Virus record (IMG/VR): IMGVR_UViG_3300013094_000056
Coordinates: 1-57,581 of that record
Reading direction: 5' to 3' (one strand)
Length of the DNA stretch: 57,581 bases
Source of the DNA: a virus
Lineage: Duplodnaviria; Caudoviricetes
Below, one piece after another: positions 19,702-28,249 of the stretch; within the stretch, counting starts at the first letter, position 1, and every line of letters starts with the position of its first letter. The notes under the pieces are model-generated. The model searched no databases and was not told where the DNA came from. It saw nothing but the letters and a program-made list of their open reading frames with translations. The translations under genes and the position numbers were made by a program.

Positions 19702-20192
19702 GAAATCCCCCAGTTGGTGCCATAATCCTGAGCGTACCCAAGATATGTGCGACCCCAAACCGTTGTGGTGAGCTGAAGCTGACCAACTGTCAGATTTTCA
19801 GCCTGCTTAGGCACGACCATGCTTGCACTGGTGCCTTCGTCGCTCGAAGACTGAACGATGCCAGTCGTAAAGCCGAGCATGTTGTTCTGCTTGCGCAGGT
19901 ACTGAAAAAAGCCATACTGGGTGGTTTCTACGGTGATGTAGATCAAGCCCGGAACATCGGGTGCCCATGTGGCAAGAAGGTGCCCTGCAAGGTTGTAAAC
20001 CATCTGCAGGTAGATCGGGCCAGGAACACACATGAACGCAGTGTTGACGGTTGCGGCTGCCGTGTTGTACGCATAGCCGATAACCGGAGAGGTTGATGGC
20101 AGGTATTCCGCAGGCACACCCATCACGCCATAAACCCAAGCAGAGAAACCTGCCTCGGTGGGGATCGGTGTGTAGGGATATGTGCTTGCCAT
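19698..20192 (-). CDS. Head-tail adaptor (DUF4054-like)
   Basis: YNLAGHLL...G.VQSSSDEGTS...T.WGR.YL motifs. Confidence 0.7.
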   Translation of the reverse strand: MASTYPYTPIPTEAGFSAWVYGVMGVPAEYLPSTSPVIGYAYNTAAATVNTAFMCVPGPIYLQMVYNLAGHLLATWAPDVPGLIYITVETTQYGFFQYLRKQNNMLGFTTGIVQSSSDEGTSASMVVPKQAENLTVGQLQLTTTVWGRTYLGYAQDYGTNWGIS

Positions 20193-20214
20193 TGTGCCTC
20201 TCCGGTTTCGTCAG

Positions 20215-20784
20215 TTAGGCGTTCTTGGCTTTTCGGCCACGCGGAGCACCCTTCGTCGGATTGATCCGCAGACCTTCTTCCAGCTTGGGTGCAGTCATTT
20301 CAGGGTCGCTCTGACCGACCGACTCAAATTCCATCTCGAAACCGGTCGAGTCAGCATTGCTGCCCATTTCATTTGCAATTTCGCGCAGACCATAGTCCGA
20401 GACGATTGCGAGGTTCTGGCGACGCTTCACGCCGAGATCAGTCAGCATGCCCATGTTGTGCGCCTTGACATCTTCGCAGATGGCGCGCGGCACAGCCTTG
20501 TCAAGCGACCAGATCAGCTTGACCACACCCTTGGCCTTGGCAGTGCGAATTTCTTCCAGAGCCACAGCCCCAGCGCTGAATTCAAGCTGCTGGATGAGCT
20601 TTTCTGCCTGCCCAGGAAACACTTCGCCGCCGAACTGAACCTGCTGGCCAGCCGCGATTTCGAGGTATTTCGGAGGAAGCTGCTTTGCGTCCATCCGGTT
20701 GCCGTTGCCATCGACAGCAAAATCGAGCCGGTAGTAAACCTGCCTGTTCTGAGCCGTGCAGTTGACCACAAAAAGTCGTGCCAT
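20215..20784 (-). CDS. Conserved hypothetical protein following the capsid gene
   Basis: ~189 aa, LFVVNCTAQ start, phage-like codon usage. Confidence 0.6.
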   Translation of the reverse strand: MARLFVVNCTAQNRQVYYRLDFAVDGNGNRMDAKQLPPKYLEIAAGQQVQFGGEVFPGQAEKLIQQLEFSAGAVALEEIRTAKAKGVVKLIWSLDKAVPRAICEDVKAHNMGMLTDLGVKRRQNLAIVSDYGLREIANEMGSNADSTGFEMEFESVGQSDPEMTAPKLEEGLRINPTKGAPRGRKAKNA

Positions 20785-20859
20785 TTCCAAATCCTAAACG
20801 AGTGGTGCGAGTGTAACCGCCGTGAATGCACTCGCAACATCCACGGCGGCTACATGGTA

Positions 20860-21885
20860 TTACTGGTAGTTGGCTGTGATGATCGTCAGAGCCTGCGGGC
20901 GAGGAGCCCAGCCCGGAGTCAGACGCCATTCGGACAGAACGTCCGTAGCGCCACCAGCAAGAGGCGAGATGATTTCGCGCGGAGCAGCCATGTCCGAATA
21001 CTGCGTCAAGCAGGTCGGGTTGTTCGGCTTCAGCGTCGCGAAAACGTTGGTGTTCAGAGCGGCAGGGCCACTCGGAACAGCGACTTCAGGCATCGCAATC
21101 AGGATGATGTCGGCATTCGGCGAACCACCAGCACCCTGCAGGGTGTCGTCGTATGCCCACACCAGCTCATCGTCGTTGGCAACCAGCATGTTCTTCAGAA
21201 CTTCGACAGTCGAAGCGGTGCCAGCACCAATGCGCTGGAACTGCGTCAGGCTGACGACGTTGTATTCGAACTGAGACAGCGTGCGCTGCGGACCAAGCAC
21301 AACGAACTTGCGGCCGATGCCCAGCTGCAGAGTGCGCGTCTTGATCTGAGCGATCTGGTTCGCCAGGAAGAACGACATCTGACCATTGTCATAGGTGACG
21401 ATGGTGTCGTTGCCGTACTGGTCAGGCGGCAGGTTGACGGCAGTTGCGCCCGGAGCGTTCAGGAAGCCTTCACCATACTGCGGCTGCAGACCGAACAGGG
21501 CTGCATCGCGAGCCTGCTGGAAGTGAGCCTGACGCATGCCGAGGCGATACGCTTCAGGAACCGCAAAACCCCAACGACCGCCAGCGGCGACGTCATGGTG
21601 ATCATATTCAGCGCGAACGCGGAACTGATAGGTGTTGGTGTTGAACATCTGGGCGCTGATGTCCACACCCGGAAGCTGGTTGGCAGTCGACTGCGAACCG
21701 CTGATCTTGGTGCGGATATTCAGCTGCTTCGCATAGACGACCAGATCGTCTTCAGCCAGCTTGGCGCGCAACTTGCCGCCTTCCAGGACTTCGGTGTAAC
21801 CCGAAGCCTGCTGGAACTGCATGAAAATTTCCGGTTCGCGGAACGAAGGTTCGATGATCTTGTATGCACCGGCGTTAATAGCCAT
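20860..21885 (-). CDS. Major capsid protein (HK97 fold)
   Basis: 341 aa, strongly biased codons, AAAGGA RBS, LFG......GFLN motif, position after scaffold and decoration genes. Confidence 0.8.
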   Translation of the reverse strand: MAINAGAYKIIEPSFREPEIFMQFQQASGYTEVLEGGKLRAKLAEDDLVVYAKQLNIRTKISGSQSTANQLPGVDISAQMFNTNTYQFRVRAEYDHHDVAAGGRWGFAVPEAYRLGMRQAHFQQARDAALFGLQPQYGEGFLNAPGATAVNLPPDQYGNDTIVTYDNGQMSFFLANQIAQIKTRTLQLGIGRKFVVLGPQRTLSQFEYNVVSLTQFQRIGAGTASTVEVLKNMLVANDDELVWAYDDTLQGAGGSPNADIILIAMPEVAVPSGPAALNTNVFATLKPNNPTCLTQYSDMAAPREIISPLAGGATDVLSEWRLTPGWAPRPQALTIITANYQ

Positions 21886-21918
21886 GGTTCATTTCCTTTT
21901 CAAAAAATGGCTTCAGGC

Positions 21919-22830
21919 TTACGCCGTGGTGCCGCCAGTCAGCTGGATGATAGCGCAAGCGCCGTTGAAGTTCCAGTTCGTGTAGCCAGTTGCAGTGCTG
22001 TTCGAAACAGTCATGCAACCCGACGGCTGAACGTCCAGAACGGTTACCGGCAGAGCGCCGCCGTTGGCAGCAATCGTGCCGCCCGACGAGTACGTGCCAT
22101 AATAGCCCGAAGCTGCCAGAGCCAGAACAACGACCGTGGTCGAAGTCGTGCTGACGACAGTCCAGATGCCATTGAACGTACCACCGGTGCCACCAGTGCT
22201 GACGATGCCCGACACTTCAATGTCGTCGCCAGCCGAGAGAACTGCCGTCAGGTTGGTGCCGACAGTGAAGGTGATCTGGCCACCCGAAGTCGCCGCCCAT
22301 ACCGCACCAGTGATGGTGACGGCATTGTAAGCTGGAGCATAAGGCACCAGTTCCTGAGCGGTGAAGTCCCAGCTGACCTGCTGGTTGATTTCGCCGCCAC
22401 GCAGCGAGATCAACGACGGATCGCAAGCAACGGCGATACGTGCACGCGAGCCCAGTGCGTAGAAGTTCAGGCTCTGGCCCGAACCTGCAGTCGGGACCGT
22501 GTTGTTCGGGTCGGTGACGAGGTTGTACGTCTGATCGAACACAGTGAAGCCGACCAGAGCAGTCGAGCCGGTGAGCGAGGTTGCACGACCGATGACCGGA
22601 CCCAGAGTCTGGCGAGGGCCAGTGCTGCTGATGGGCGAGATATCAGCATAGATGCCGATGCCACCCCACATCACAGTCGTTTCGCTCTGCGAGACGATGC
22701 CCGACTGCAGTGCGTTGCGTGTCGAAGGATCAGGGTAAGCCTGACCCTGGATAACGCCGGTGGACGAAGCGCCGTTGAACAGCCCCTGACCAGCGGTCGT
22801 CAGCGAAGGATAACCGTTATTTGCAGCCAT
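21919..22830 (-). CDS. Capsid decoration/cement protein with an inserted beta module
   Basis: WGGIGI...SRARIAV.CDP...VSWDF; between scaffold and capsid genes. Confidence 0.7.
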   Translation of the reverse strand: MAANNGYPSLTTAGQGLFNGASSTGVIQGQAYPDPSTRNALQSGIVSQSETTVMWGGIGIYADISPISSTGPRQTLGPVIGRATSLTGSTALVGFTVFDQTYNLVTDPNNTVPTAGSGQSLNFYALGSRARIAVACDPSLISLRGGEINQQVSWDFTAQELVPYAPAYNAVTITGAVWAATSGGQITFTVGTNLTAVLSAGDDIEVSGIVSTGGTGGTFNGIWTVVSTTSTTVVVLALAASGYYGTYSSGGTIAANGGALPVTVLDVQPSGCMTVSNSTATGYTNWNFNGACAIIQLTGGTTA

Positions 22831-22858
22831 TGTCTTTTACCTTTTCAGAAGGAGGTGA

Positions 22859-23695
22859 TCAGTGAAAGCCACCAGCGCGGTTGACGCGGCCAGTGAAACC
22901 GCTCATCCACGAACCAGGTTCACCAACGAATTCGTTGATGATGTGGCCGCCAGCCTGACGCGAGATTTCGCGCAGCTGACCCGGCATCACGTCAGCACCA
23001 CGACGAGCAGCAGCCGCCGAGTCCGCATAGATTTCGGTGAGGATCGTGTCAAGCATCGCGTCATCGCTGACGGCCGACAGACGGGCATTCGCCCACTTGG
23101 GCGAGTTGGCCTGCAGCTTGCTGCCGAGGCGACGCTTGTACTGCGTCGGGGTTTCACCCGAGAGCGGTGCCGGAGCGCGGTCACCAAACGCCTGAAAGGC
23201 CGGGTCAGCAGCTTCCTGGATGGCAGCGAACCGTTCACGATCGATGTCATTCAGCATTGCAGGTGCACGACGATTCATGGCAGCGATTTCACTGCGCAGG
23301 GCAGCGAGTTCTGCACGGGTGGAGTCAGCCACGCGCTTGTCACCTTCTTCATCCATATAGTCGTCATCGTCGTCCTTGCGACGAGCGTCCATACGCTCTT
23401 CTTCCGAGTCCTTGCGACGCTTGTCAGCAGCGACTTCGCGCGGTTCGCCGGGCTCTTCGACCTTCATGTCGTCGTCATCGTCGTCGCACTTGGCGTCTTC
23501 GACCTTTTCTTCAGCGTCCATGCGCTCTTTTTCTTCAGCGTCCTTGCGCTTGGAATCCATCTTTTCTTCCATGGAATCCATGCGGCTGCTCAGCGAGTCG
23601 AACTTTGCGATCGAATCACGGATCATGTCAGCGATCTGGCCGAGCTTCTCGTCAGCATCGCTGATAATTTCATTCTTGTGGCCCTGTTCAGGCAT
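22859..23695 (-). CDS. Scaffolding protein
   Basis: Highly charged D/E/K repeats; FGDRAPAPLSGETP.QY.RRL motif; start MPEQG at 23695 with AGGAG RBS. Confidence 0.75.
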   Translation of the reverse strand: MPEQGHKNEIISDADEKLGQIADMIRDSIAKFDSLSSRMDSMEEKMDSKRKDAEEKERMDAEEKVEDAKCDDDDDDMKVEEPGEPREVAADKRRKDSEEERMDARRKDDDDDYMDEEGDKRVADSTRAELAALRSEIAAMNRRAPAMLNDIDRERFAAIQEAADPAFQAFGDRAPAPLSGETPTQYKRRLGSKLQANSPKWANARLSAVSDDAMLDTILTEIYADSAAAARRGADVMPGQLREISRQAGGHIINEFVGEPGSWMSGFTGRVNRAGGFH

Positions 23696-24815
23696 GGGTT
23701 TTCTCCTGGGTGGCGATTGCTGAACGAGAATGCAGGGCCATGGTGGCGGCTGCAACCCGAAGCAGACCTAGACGCGGGGTGGGTTTTGCGTTGCCGATTT
23801 GAATTGGGCCTTGAGAGTCGGCAATCGCATCAATACTCTCAACACCGGTAGGATCACCCCCTTTGTCCCACACACCATTAGCGCAAATGGCAATGTGATC
23901 GAGCAGGGATGGTTTGCCCTCAATGAGCATTACCTTGCCGTCTTCCAGCGTGACCCTATCATTTTCTGTGGGATCAGCGAAGTTGACAGCTGGGCTTGTG
24001 GACAGCTGATTGTCGCGCATTTCTTTCGCAGCTTCAGCGTCGTAAACTTTGGCGATCCCCCAGACTTCATCTGGTTTGTCAGCCGGGATATAAGGGAGCA
24101 TGATCGAGCCGATCACACGGTCACTGAATTCTTTATCGTTCAGGAGAGACTTTTCTGGGTGTTCCCAGATCACAGCAAGACCGTTGCACCGAGCTAGGAA
24201 TTCTTCGTTGATGTAGATGCTCGGATCTCTCCAAACAAATTCCTGCCGTGCATGGCGATAGCTGACGCCAGTGCCGGTAATACGGATAGCGAACAGCCAT
24301 ACGTTTTCGTACCTCTGAGGACTCGTCAGGCGATTCTCCGAGATCGCCCTAGCAACCCCTAGCTCGTCCATCGAGAAACGCTCCAGGGCCACCTGGACGC
24401 CAGGATGCATAGGCTGAGGAGGGGCACTGATCGGCGACCAAGCGAAACCATCATGCTCATCAAGATTGAGCTTGGGGGTAAACTGATGGCTGACCTTGAC
24501 CAAGAACGTTGTGAAGTCGACGTCTGTGCTGGGAGCAGGCTCTTGCGCAGGGTCCGCAGGTGTCGCAATCAAAGCCTGCTCAATCGGAGTTTCAGCAGGA
24601 GCAAGTGTGCGTGTCCAGAAAGCCATCTCGCTTTCTTTGATGACGACACCTGCCTCTTCGTAGGTTTCCCGAATTGCGCCTTCTTCAAGCGTTTCGTCGC
24701 CTTCCAGCTTTCCGCCGGGGATCGCCCACTCGTTGGGGTGATCAGCGCCGTTGCCGCGCCTCAGAAAGAGAGCGGTGTCACCAGCGACGAAAAGGATGCC
24801 CGCAGCACGAATCAT
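23688..24815 (-). CDS. Nudix hydrolase fused to DUF2213-like putative prohead protease
   Basis: Nudix box GGKLEGDETLEEGAIRETYEEAG; C-terminal RITGTG...EHP...STSPAV...DHIAIC..GVWD; start 24815 (ATGA overlap). Confidence 0.8.
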   Translation of the reverse strand: MIRAAGILFVAGDTALFLRRGNGADHPNEWAIPGGKLEGDETLEEGAIRETYEEAGVVIKESEMAFWTRTLAPAETPIEQALIATPADPAQEPAPSTDVDFTTFLVKVSHQFTPKLNLDEHDGFAWSPISAPPQPMHPGVQVALERFSMDELGVARAISENRLTSPQRYENVWLFAIRITGTGVSYRHARQEFVWRDPSIYINEEFLARCNGLAVIWEHPEKSLLNDKEFSDRVIGSIMLPYIPADKPDEVWGIAKVYDAEAAKEMRDNQLSTSPAVNFADPTENDRVTLEDGKVMLIEGKPSLLDHIAICANGVWDKGGDPTGVESIDAIADSQGPIQIGNAKPTPRLGLLRVAAATMALHSRSAIATQEKTHA

Positions 24816-25141
24816 TTGCAATTCCAAGCCTTGCGCGACCAATAGTTGGCCGATGTTTTGTCGTCGGTGTTGCCTTGACCGGCAGAGCGAGCGCAATAAG
24901 ATTCGCGGTGTTCGTCGCTGTTTTTCTTGATTCGCATGTTCGGATCGCCGAATTCAACCTTCTTGACATTGCCAGTCTTTGGGTCTTCAACGTAGACCTT
25001 GGACTTTTTGATGTCACCCTTCATGGGCTTGTTCAGCTCGACTTTCCGGCCATGGTATTCAGCGTCAACACGCGCCTTGAGTGCACCGGCAGCATCGGCC
25101 AGCGCGCTCATCGACTTACTGTTGACCTTGGTTTGCGTCAT
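24812..25141 (-). CDS. Small basic protein with a KKVEFG...IKK...R.SYCAR...NYWSR..W domain (putative internal head protein)
   Basis: Motif resembles an uncharacterised DUF seen in many phages and large DNA viruses; N-terminal leader ends ARVDA. Confidence 0.6.
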   Translation of the reverse strand: MTQTKVNSKSMSALADAAGALKARVDAEYHGRKVELNKPMKGDIKKSKVYVEDPKTGNVKKVEFGDPNMRIKKNSDEHRESYCARSAGQGNTDDKTSANYWSRKAWNCK

Positions 25142-26763
25142 TGTTTGCGCTGCCTGTGAATCATGCCGCGAGCGTAGCCCTTCTTATAGGCGTCAGACTC
25201 TTTACCCTTGTAAGGGTTGTAAGCCTTCTCGCCACGACGACCGTCTCCGAAACCTTCCTTCTCAATTTCCTGGAGATTCTGCTCTTCGGAAGCATCCGAA
25301 TACCCACCTTCACTGGTGCCAGCACCGGGCAGGTCACGTTCGGCGTCCGATCTACGATCAGGAAGCTGTTCAACACGGCGGATATCTTTGATCTCGCTGC
25401 CGAGCTGCTGTTTGGCTACTTTCTTTGCGTCGACATTGTGCTTTGCACGAACAGTAACAGTCGACTCTTTGCCTGCGCTGTTGATGTAGACGACGCTGAA
25501 ACGCTGATCGCCGGCAGCGTCCATTTTGGAAACAGCAGAATCAACCTTTGCATAAAGCGCATCAGCCATGTGCAAGGCGCGCTGCAAAGGCGGCAGGCTG
25601 TCCATGCGCTCGGTGAATTCGCCATACGTGTACTGCGGGAGCGTCGTGGCGTACTTGAGAGCTTCGCTCTTGCTGTAGTCCTTCACATCCAAACGGATGA
25701 TGGACTTCTTACCACCAGAGTTGCTCATGATAACCCATTCGTCGCCTTCTTGGCGGATGGTGGGTTCAGAGTCAGCCTTGGCCGATTCATCTCCATTGTT
25801 GAACTTGGTTTTGCTGGAGGGCCACTCTTCCATTGAACCGTTAGCCAGCTTGACGATAACGCTATCACCGCTTTCGGCCATCACGTTTCCAGCCTTACTG
25901 CCCATTTTCACAGGGCAATCGGTGTAGAAACCGTACTTATCGTAGAGACCTTTCTCATAAGAACCGCCAGGTTCACCGGGCTTGGGCTTATCACCACCAT
26001 ATTCTTTGCGCCAGCTCAAATGCTCTTTTCGAGCCTTGGAAACTTCTTCATTGTATTTTTCGGCAGCAGCCTCTTGTGCGATCGGATACATGCGATCCTT
26101 GCTCAAGGCTCGCATGTATTTGTTTTTCGCCTTCTGCTCAGCCATATTGTAGGCGGCTTTACCTTGCTCAAGAGTCAGAGAGCGCGGATCTTTCTTATTG
26201 CTCTTCTTCTCAGGTTCAGACTTCTTAGGTTCAGACTTTTCAGGCCCTGACTTAACGCTCCCAGCCTTCTGACCATTGAATTTACCGCCAGCACCGCCCT
26301 TGATTTCACCGTCTCCACCGACGAGAACCGGAGAACCCTTCATGGTGATCCAATGCTCTTTTCCATCATCGGCATCCGCACGACCAAGGATGGCTTCGTC
26401 GGCATCAGCCACAACACCAGCCTTGACTGCAGCTTCCTTGGCTTCAGATTCGCTGGCGAATGGTCCGCGATGTTCCTTGAAGCCGGGCACCTCGAAGAAG
26501 AATTCACCGTTCTTTTCGTAAACGCAGTCGGCTTTGGCGGCATCCCCACGCGGGTTATAGGGGACATCCGCACCCTTTTTGGCGAGCTGCCGCCAAGGCT
26601 TGTTGTAGTGATCGCGATCGCGCGGATCGGGCCGATCGGCATCCCCACGCGCCTTGTTATAGGCGATGGCGACAGCCTGCTTCTGAGGCTTGCCAGCTTT
26701 CATCTCGGTGGCGATATTGCGACTGAAACCGGGTGTGCCTTCTTTGGCTTTCTCAAGCGGCAT
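25138..26763 (-). CDS. Modular Lys-rich protein (putative head-packaged polyprotein)
   Basis: 541 aa of short modules separated by xxD-[ASC] motifs; N-terminal NIATEMKAGKPQKQAVAIA, internal WIT.KG.PV.VGGDG.IKGGAGG, C-terminal RMF-like motif. Confidence 0.7.
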   Translation of the reverse strand: MPLEKAKEGTPGFSRNIATEMKAGKPQKQAVAIAYNKARGDADRPDPRDRDHYNKPWRQLAKKGADVPYNPRGDAAKADCVYEKNGEFFFEVPGFKEHRGPFASESEAKEAAVKAGVVADADEAILGRADADDGKEHWITMKGSPVLVGGDGEIKGGAGGKFNGQKAGSVKSGPEKSEPKKSEPEKKSNKKDPRSLTLEQGKAAYNMAEQKAKNKYMRALSKDRMYPIAQEAAAEKYNEEVSKARKEHLSWRKEYGGDKPKPGEPGGSYEKGLYDKYGFYTDCPVKMGSKAGNVMAESGDSVIVKLANGSMEEWPSSKTKFNNGDESAKADSEPTIRQEGDEWVIMSNSGGKKSIIRLDVKDYSKSEALKYATTLPQYTYGEFTERMDSLPPLQRALHMADALYAKVDSAVSKMDAAGDQRFSVVYINSAGKESTVTVRAKHNVDAKKVAKQQLGSEIKDIRRVEQLPDRRSDAERDLPGAGTSEGGYSDASEEQNLQEIEKEGFGDGRRGEKAYNPYKGKESDAYKKGYARGMIHRQRKQ

Positions 26764-27001
26764 GGGGATTTTCCTTAGCGGTTTGATATGCCTGCTTGGC
26801 TTCGTGCCAATCAGCGCTGTTTTCTGCTACGCCTTGACCGCGTAGATAATTCTCGATGTTCTTGCCGTTGTGTTGGCCGAAGGCACGCGCCTTGACGACC
26901 ACGTGGCTTTCAGTGACAGTGACTGGCTTGGCAGGCTCAGCAGTCTTGGTGCGAGCGCGTTTCGCTTTGGGAGCGATTTCCATGCCGTCAGTTTCAAACA
27001 T
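26753..27001 (-). CDS. Hypothetical protein
   Basis: 82 aa overlapping both neighbours. Confidence 0.5.
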   Translation of the reverse strand: MFETDGMEIAPKAKRARTKTAEPAKPVTVTESHVVVKARAFGQHNGKNIENYLRGQGVAENSADWHEAKQAYQTAKENPHAA

Positions 27002-27320
27002 CAGCGTTCACGCCTTTGACAACTGTGCTGTGAATTTCGCGCAACAGCTTGAGTTCATCAATGATCATGCGATGGTCAGAATCGCGCTGCGCCCGCTCTT
27101 TGCGAGACATGACATCTTGACCGACCATGATGAGCGGGAGGAACACGAGCTGCAGGAGCGAAGAGCTAACGTACTGAACGATGTTTTCTGTGCTGGGCAG
27201 AAAGAAAGGGACCATGACGAAGGCGGCAAAAGCATAAACGCATTCCATGGTGGCGACCATCACAACGATGCGAACCGCCAGACCTTCATTGAATTTGCGA
27301 AAATGCTTAGAAACGCTCAT
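26994..27320 (-). CDS. DUF1003-like membrane protein
   Basis: Two TM segments; LQLVFLPLIMVGQ...D motif. Confidence 0.6.
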   Translation of the reverse strand: MSVSKHFRKFNEGLAVRIVVMVATMECVYAFAAFVMVPFFLPSTENIVQYVSSSLLQLVFLPLIMVGQDVMSRKERAQRDSDHRMIIDELKLLREIHSTVVKGVNADV

Positions 27321-28162
27321 GCCATTGCCTTGATCTTTGCCCTTGCTTCTTCAAGCGCCTTCTTGCCTTTTTCAGTCATACATTCCGCAGGTACAGACCT
27401 AAGAGAGAAAATAAAGCGGTAAGCACACTTGCAAAAAGGCAGTTCCGCAGGCTGTTCAATCTCGTCTGTGTATCCATCTTTGCCGACCTTCACCAAGCCT
27501 GAGCTGTGCGCCCAAGAATCACGCACCAGGAAGAACTTGCCTTCCCTAGCGTTGTGATCTGGACGTCCATCATAACCCCGCTGATGAACGTGACTCTGCC
27601 AATACCCACCAATAGCGCCACCATTAAGAGCAACAGTTGTATTAATTGCACTGAACAGCTTTGCATTCTGGTCGATTATGACTCTTCTTTCCTCAAAAGG
27701 CAACTGAGAAAGTGCCTTGCGCAGATTTATTTTTTCTTTATTCTTTTGTACAGTCTTGCTCCCGCCTTTGGGCACAGAAGTTGCCCATCCGCGAAAACGC
27801 TGCATTGTCTTCTCGATCGCCTGTGGTCGGTTGACTCTGATCAGGTCAACGCTGGCAGCAATACGACGATCCAGCTCTGCTCGCAGCTCTGGTTTGATCT
27901 GCTGAAGGCGGTAGGGTGTAACGCCAGGGTTGTATTTCAGCACACCGCCAAGGTCAACCTGTTTGCGAAAAACCGCATACATGGCATCGCGAGTCATCTG
28001 CTCAATTTCGGACATCGACTTCATGGAGCGTTCAGCCGCCAGACGGATTTGCTCCGACCAATAGGCAACACGCTCTTCACTGTCGTATCCGTGTTCAGTG
28101 ATGTCCGCTACCGCTGCGGTCAGCACTTCGTAATAAGTGGGTGATCCGTCTGGGTTAGGCAT
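27317..28162 (-). CDS. Head morphogenesis protein (SPP1 gp7/Mu gpF-like)
   Basis: IIDQ..K, W.S....YDGRPDH, PAELPFCKC motifs. Confidence 0.8.
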   Translation of the reverse strand: MPNPDGSPTYYEVLTAAVADITEHGYDSEERVAYWSEQIRLAAERSMKSMSEIEQMTRDAMYAVFRKQVDLGGVLKYNPGVTPYRLQQIKPELRAELDRRIAASVDLIRVNRPQAIEKTMQRFRGWATSVPKGGSKTVQKNKEKINLRKALSQLPFEERRVIIDQNAKLFSAINTTVALNGGAIGGYWQSHVHQRGYDGRPDHNAREGKFFLVRDSWAHSSGLVKVGKDGYTDEIEQPAELPFCKCAYRFIFSLRSVPAECMTEKGKKALEEARAKIKAMA

Positions 28163-28174
28163 ATCTCACCAATC

Positions 28175-28249
28175 TGGTGCCGGGTGTGGGACTTGAACTC
28201 ACGACCTACTGCTTACAAGGCAGTTGCTCTACCGCTGAGCTAAACCGGC
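28175..28249 (-). tRNA. tRNA-Thr(UGU) with encoded CCA
   Basis: Reverse complement GCCGGTTTAGCTCAGCGGTAGAGCAACTGCC-TTGTAA-GCAGTAGGTCGTGAGTTCAAGTCCCACACCCGGCACCA; one mismatch each in the acceptor and T stems. Confidence 0.9.

Noticed and set aside
20182-22884. 900-aa plus-strand ORF (also 22862-23851, 16832-17833 and 28983-29897)
   Set aside because: These are antisense shadows of strongly codon-biased capsid, scaffold, sheath and portal genes; no motifs or RBS.
28175-28249. Prophage boundary at the tRNA
   Set aside because: Phage head genes continue on both sides; no integrase or host genes.
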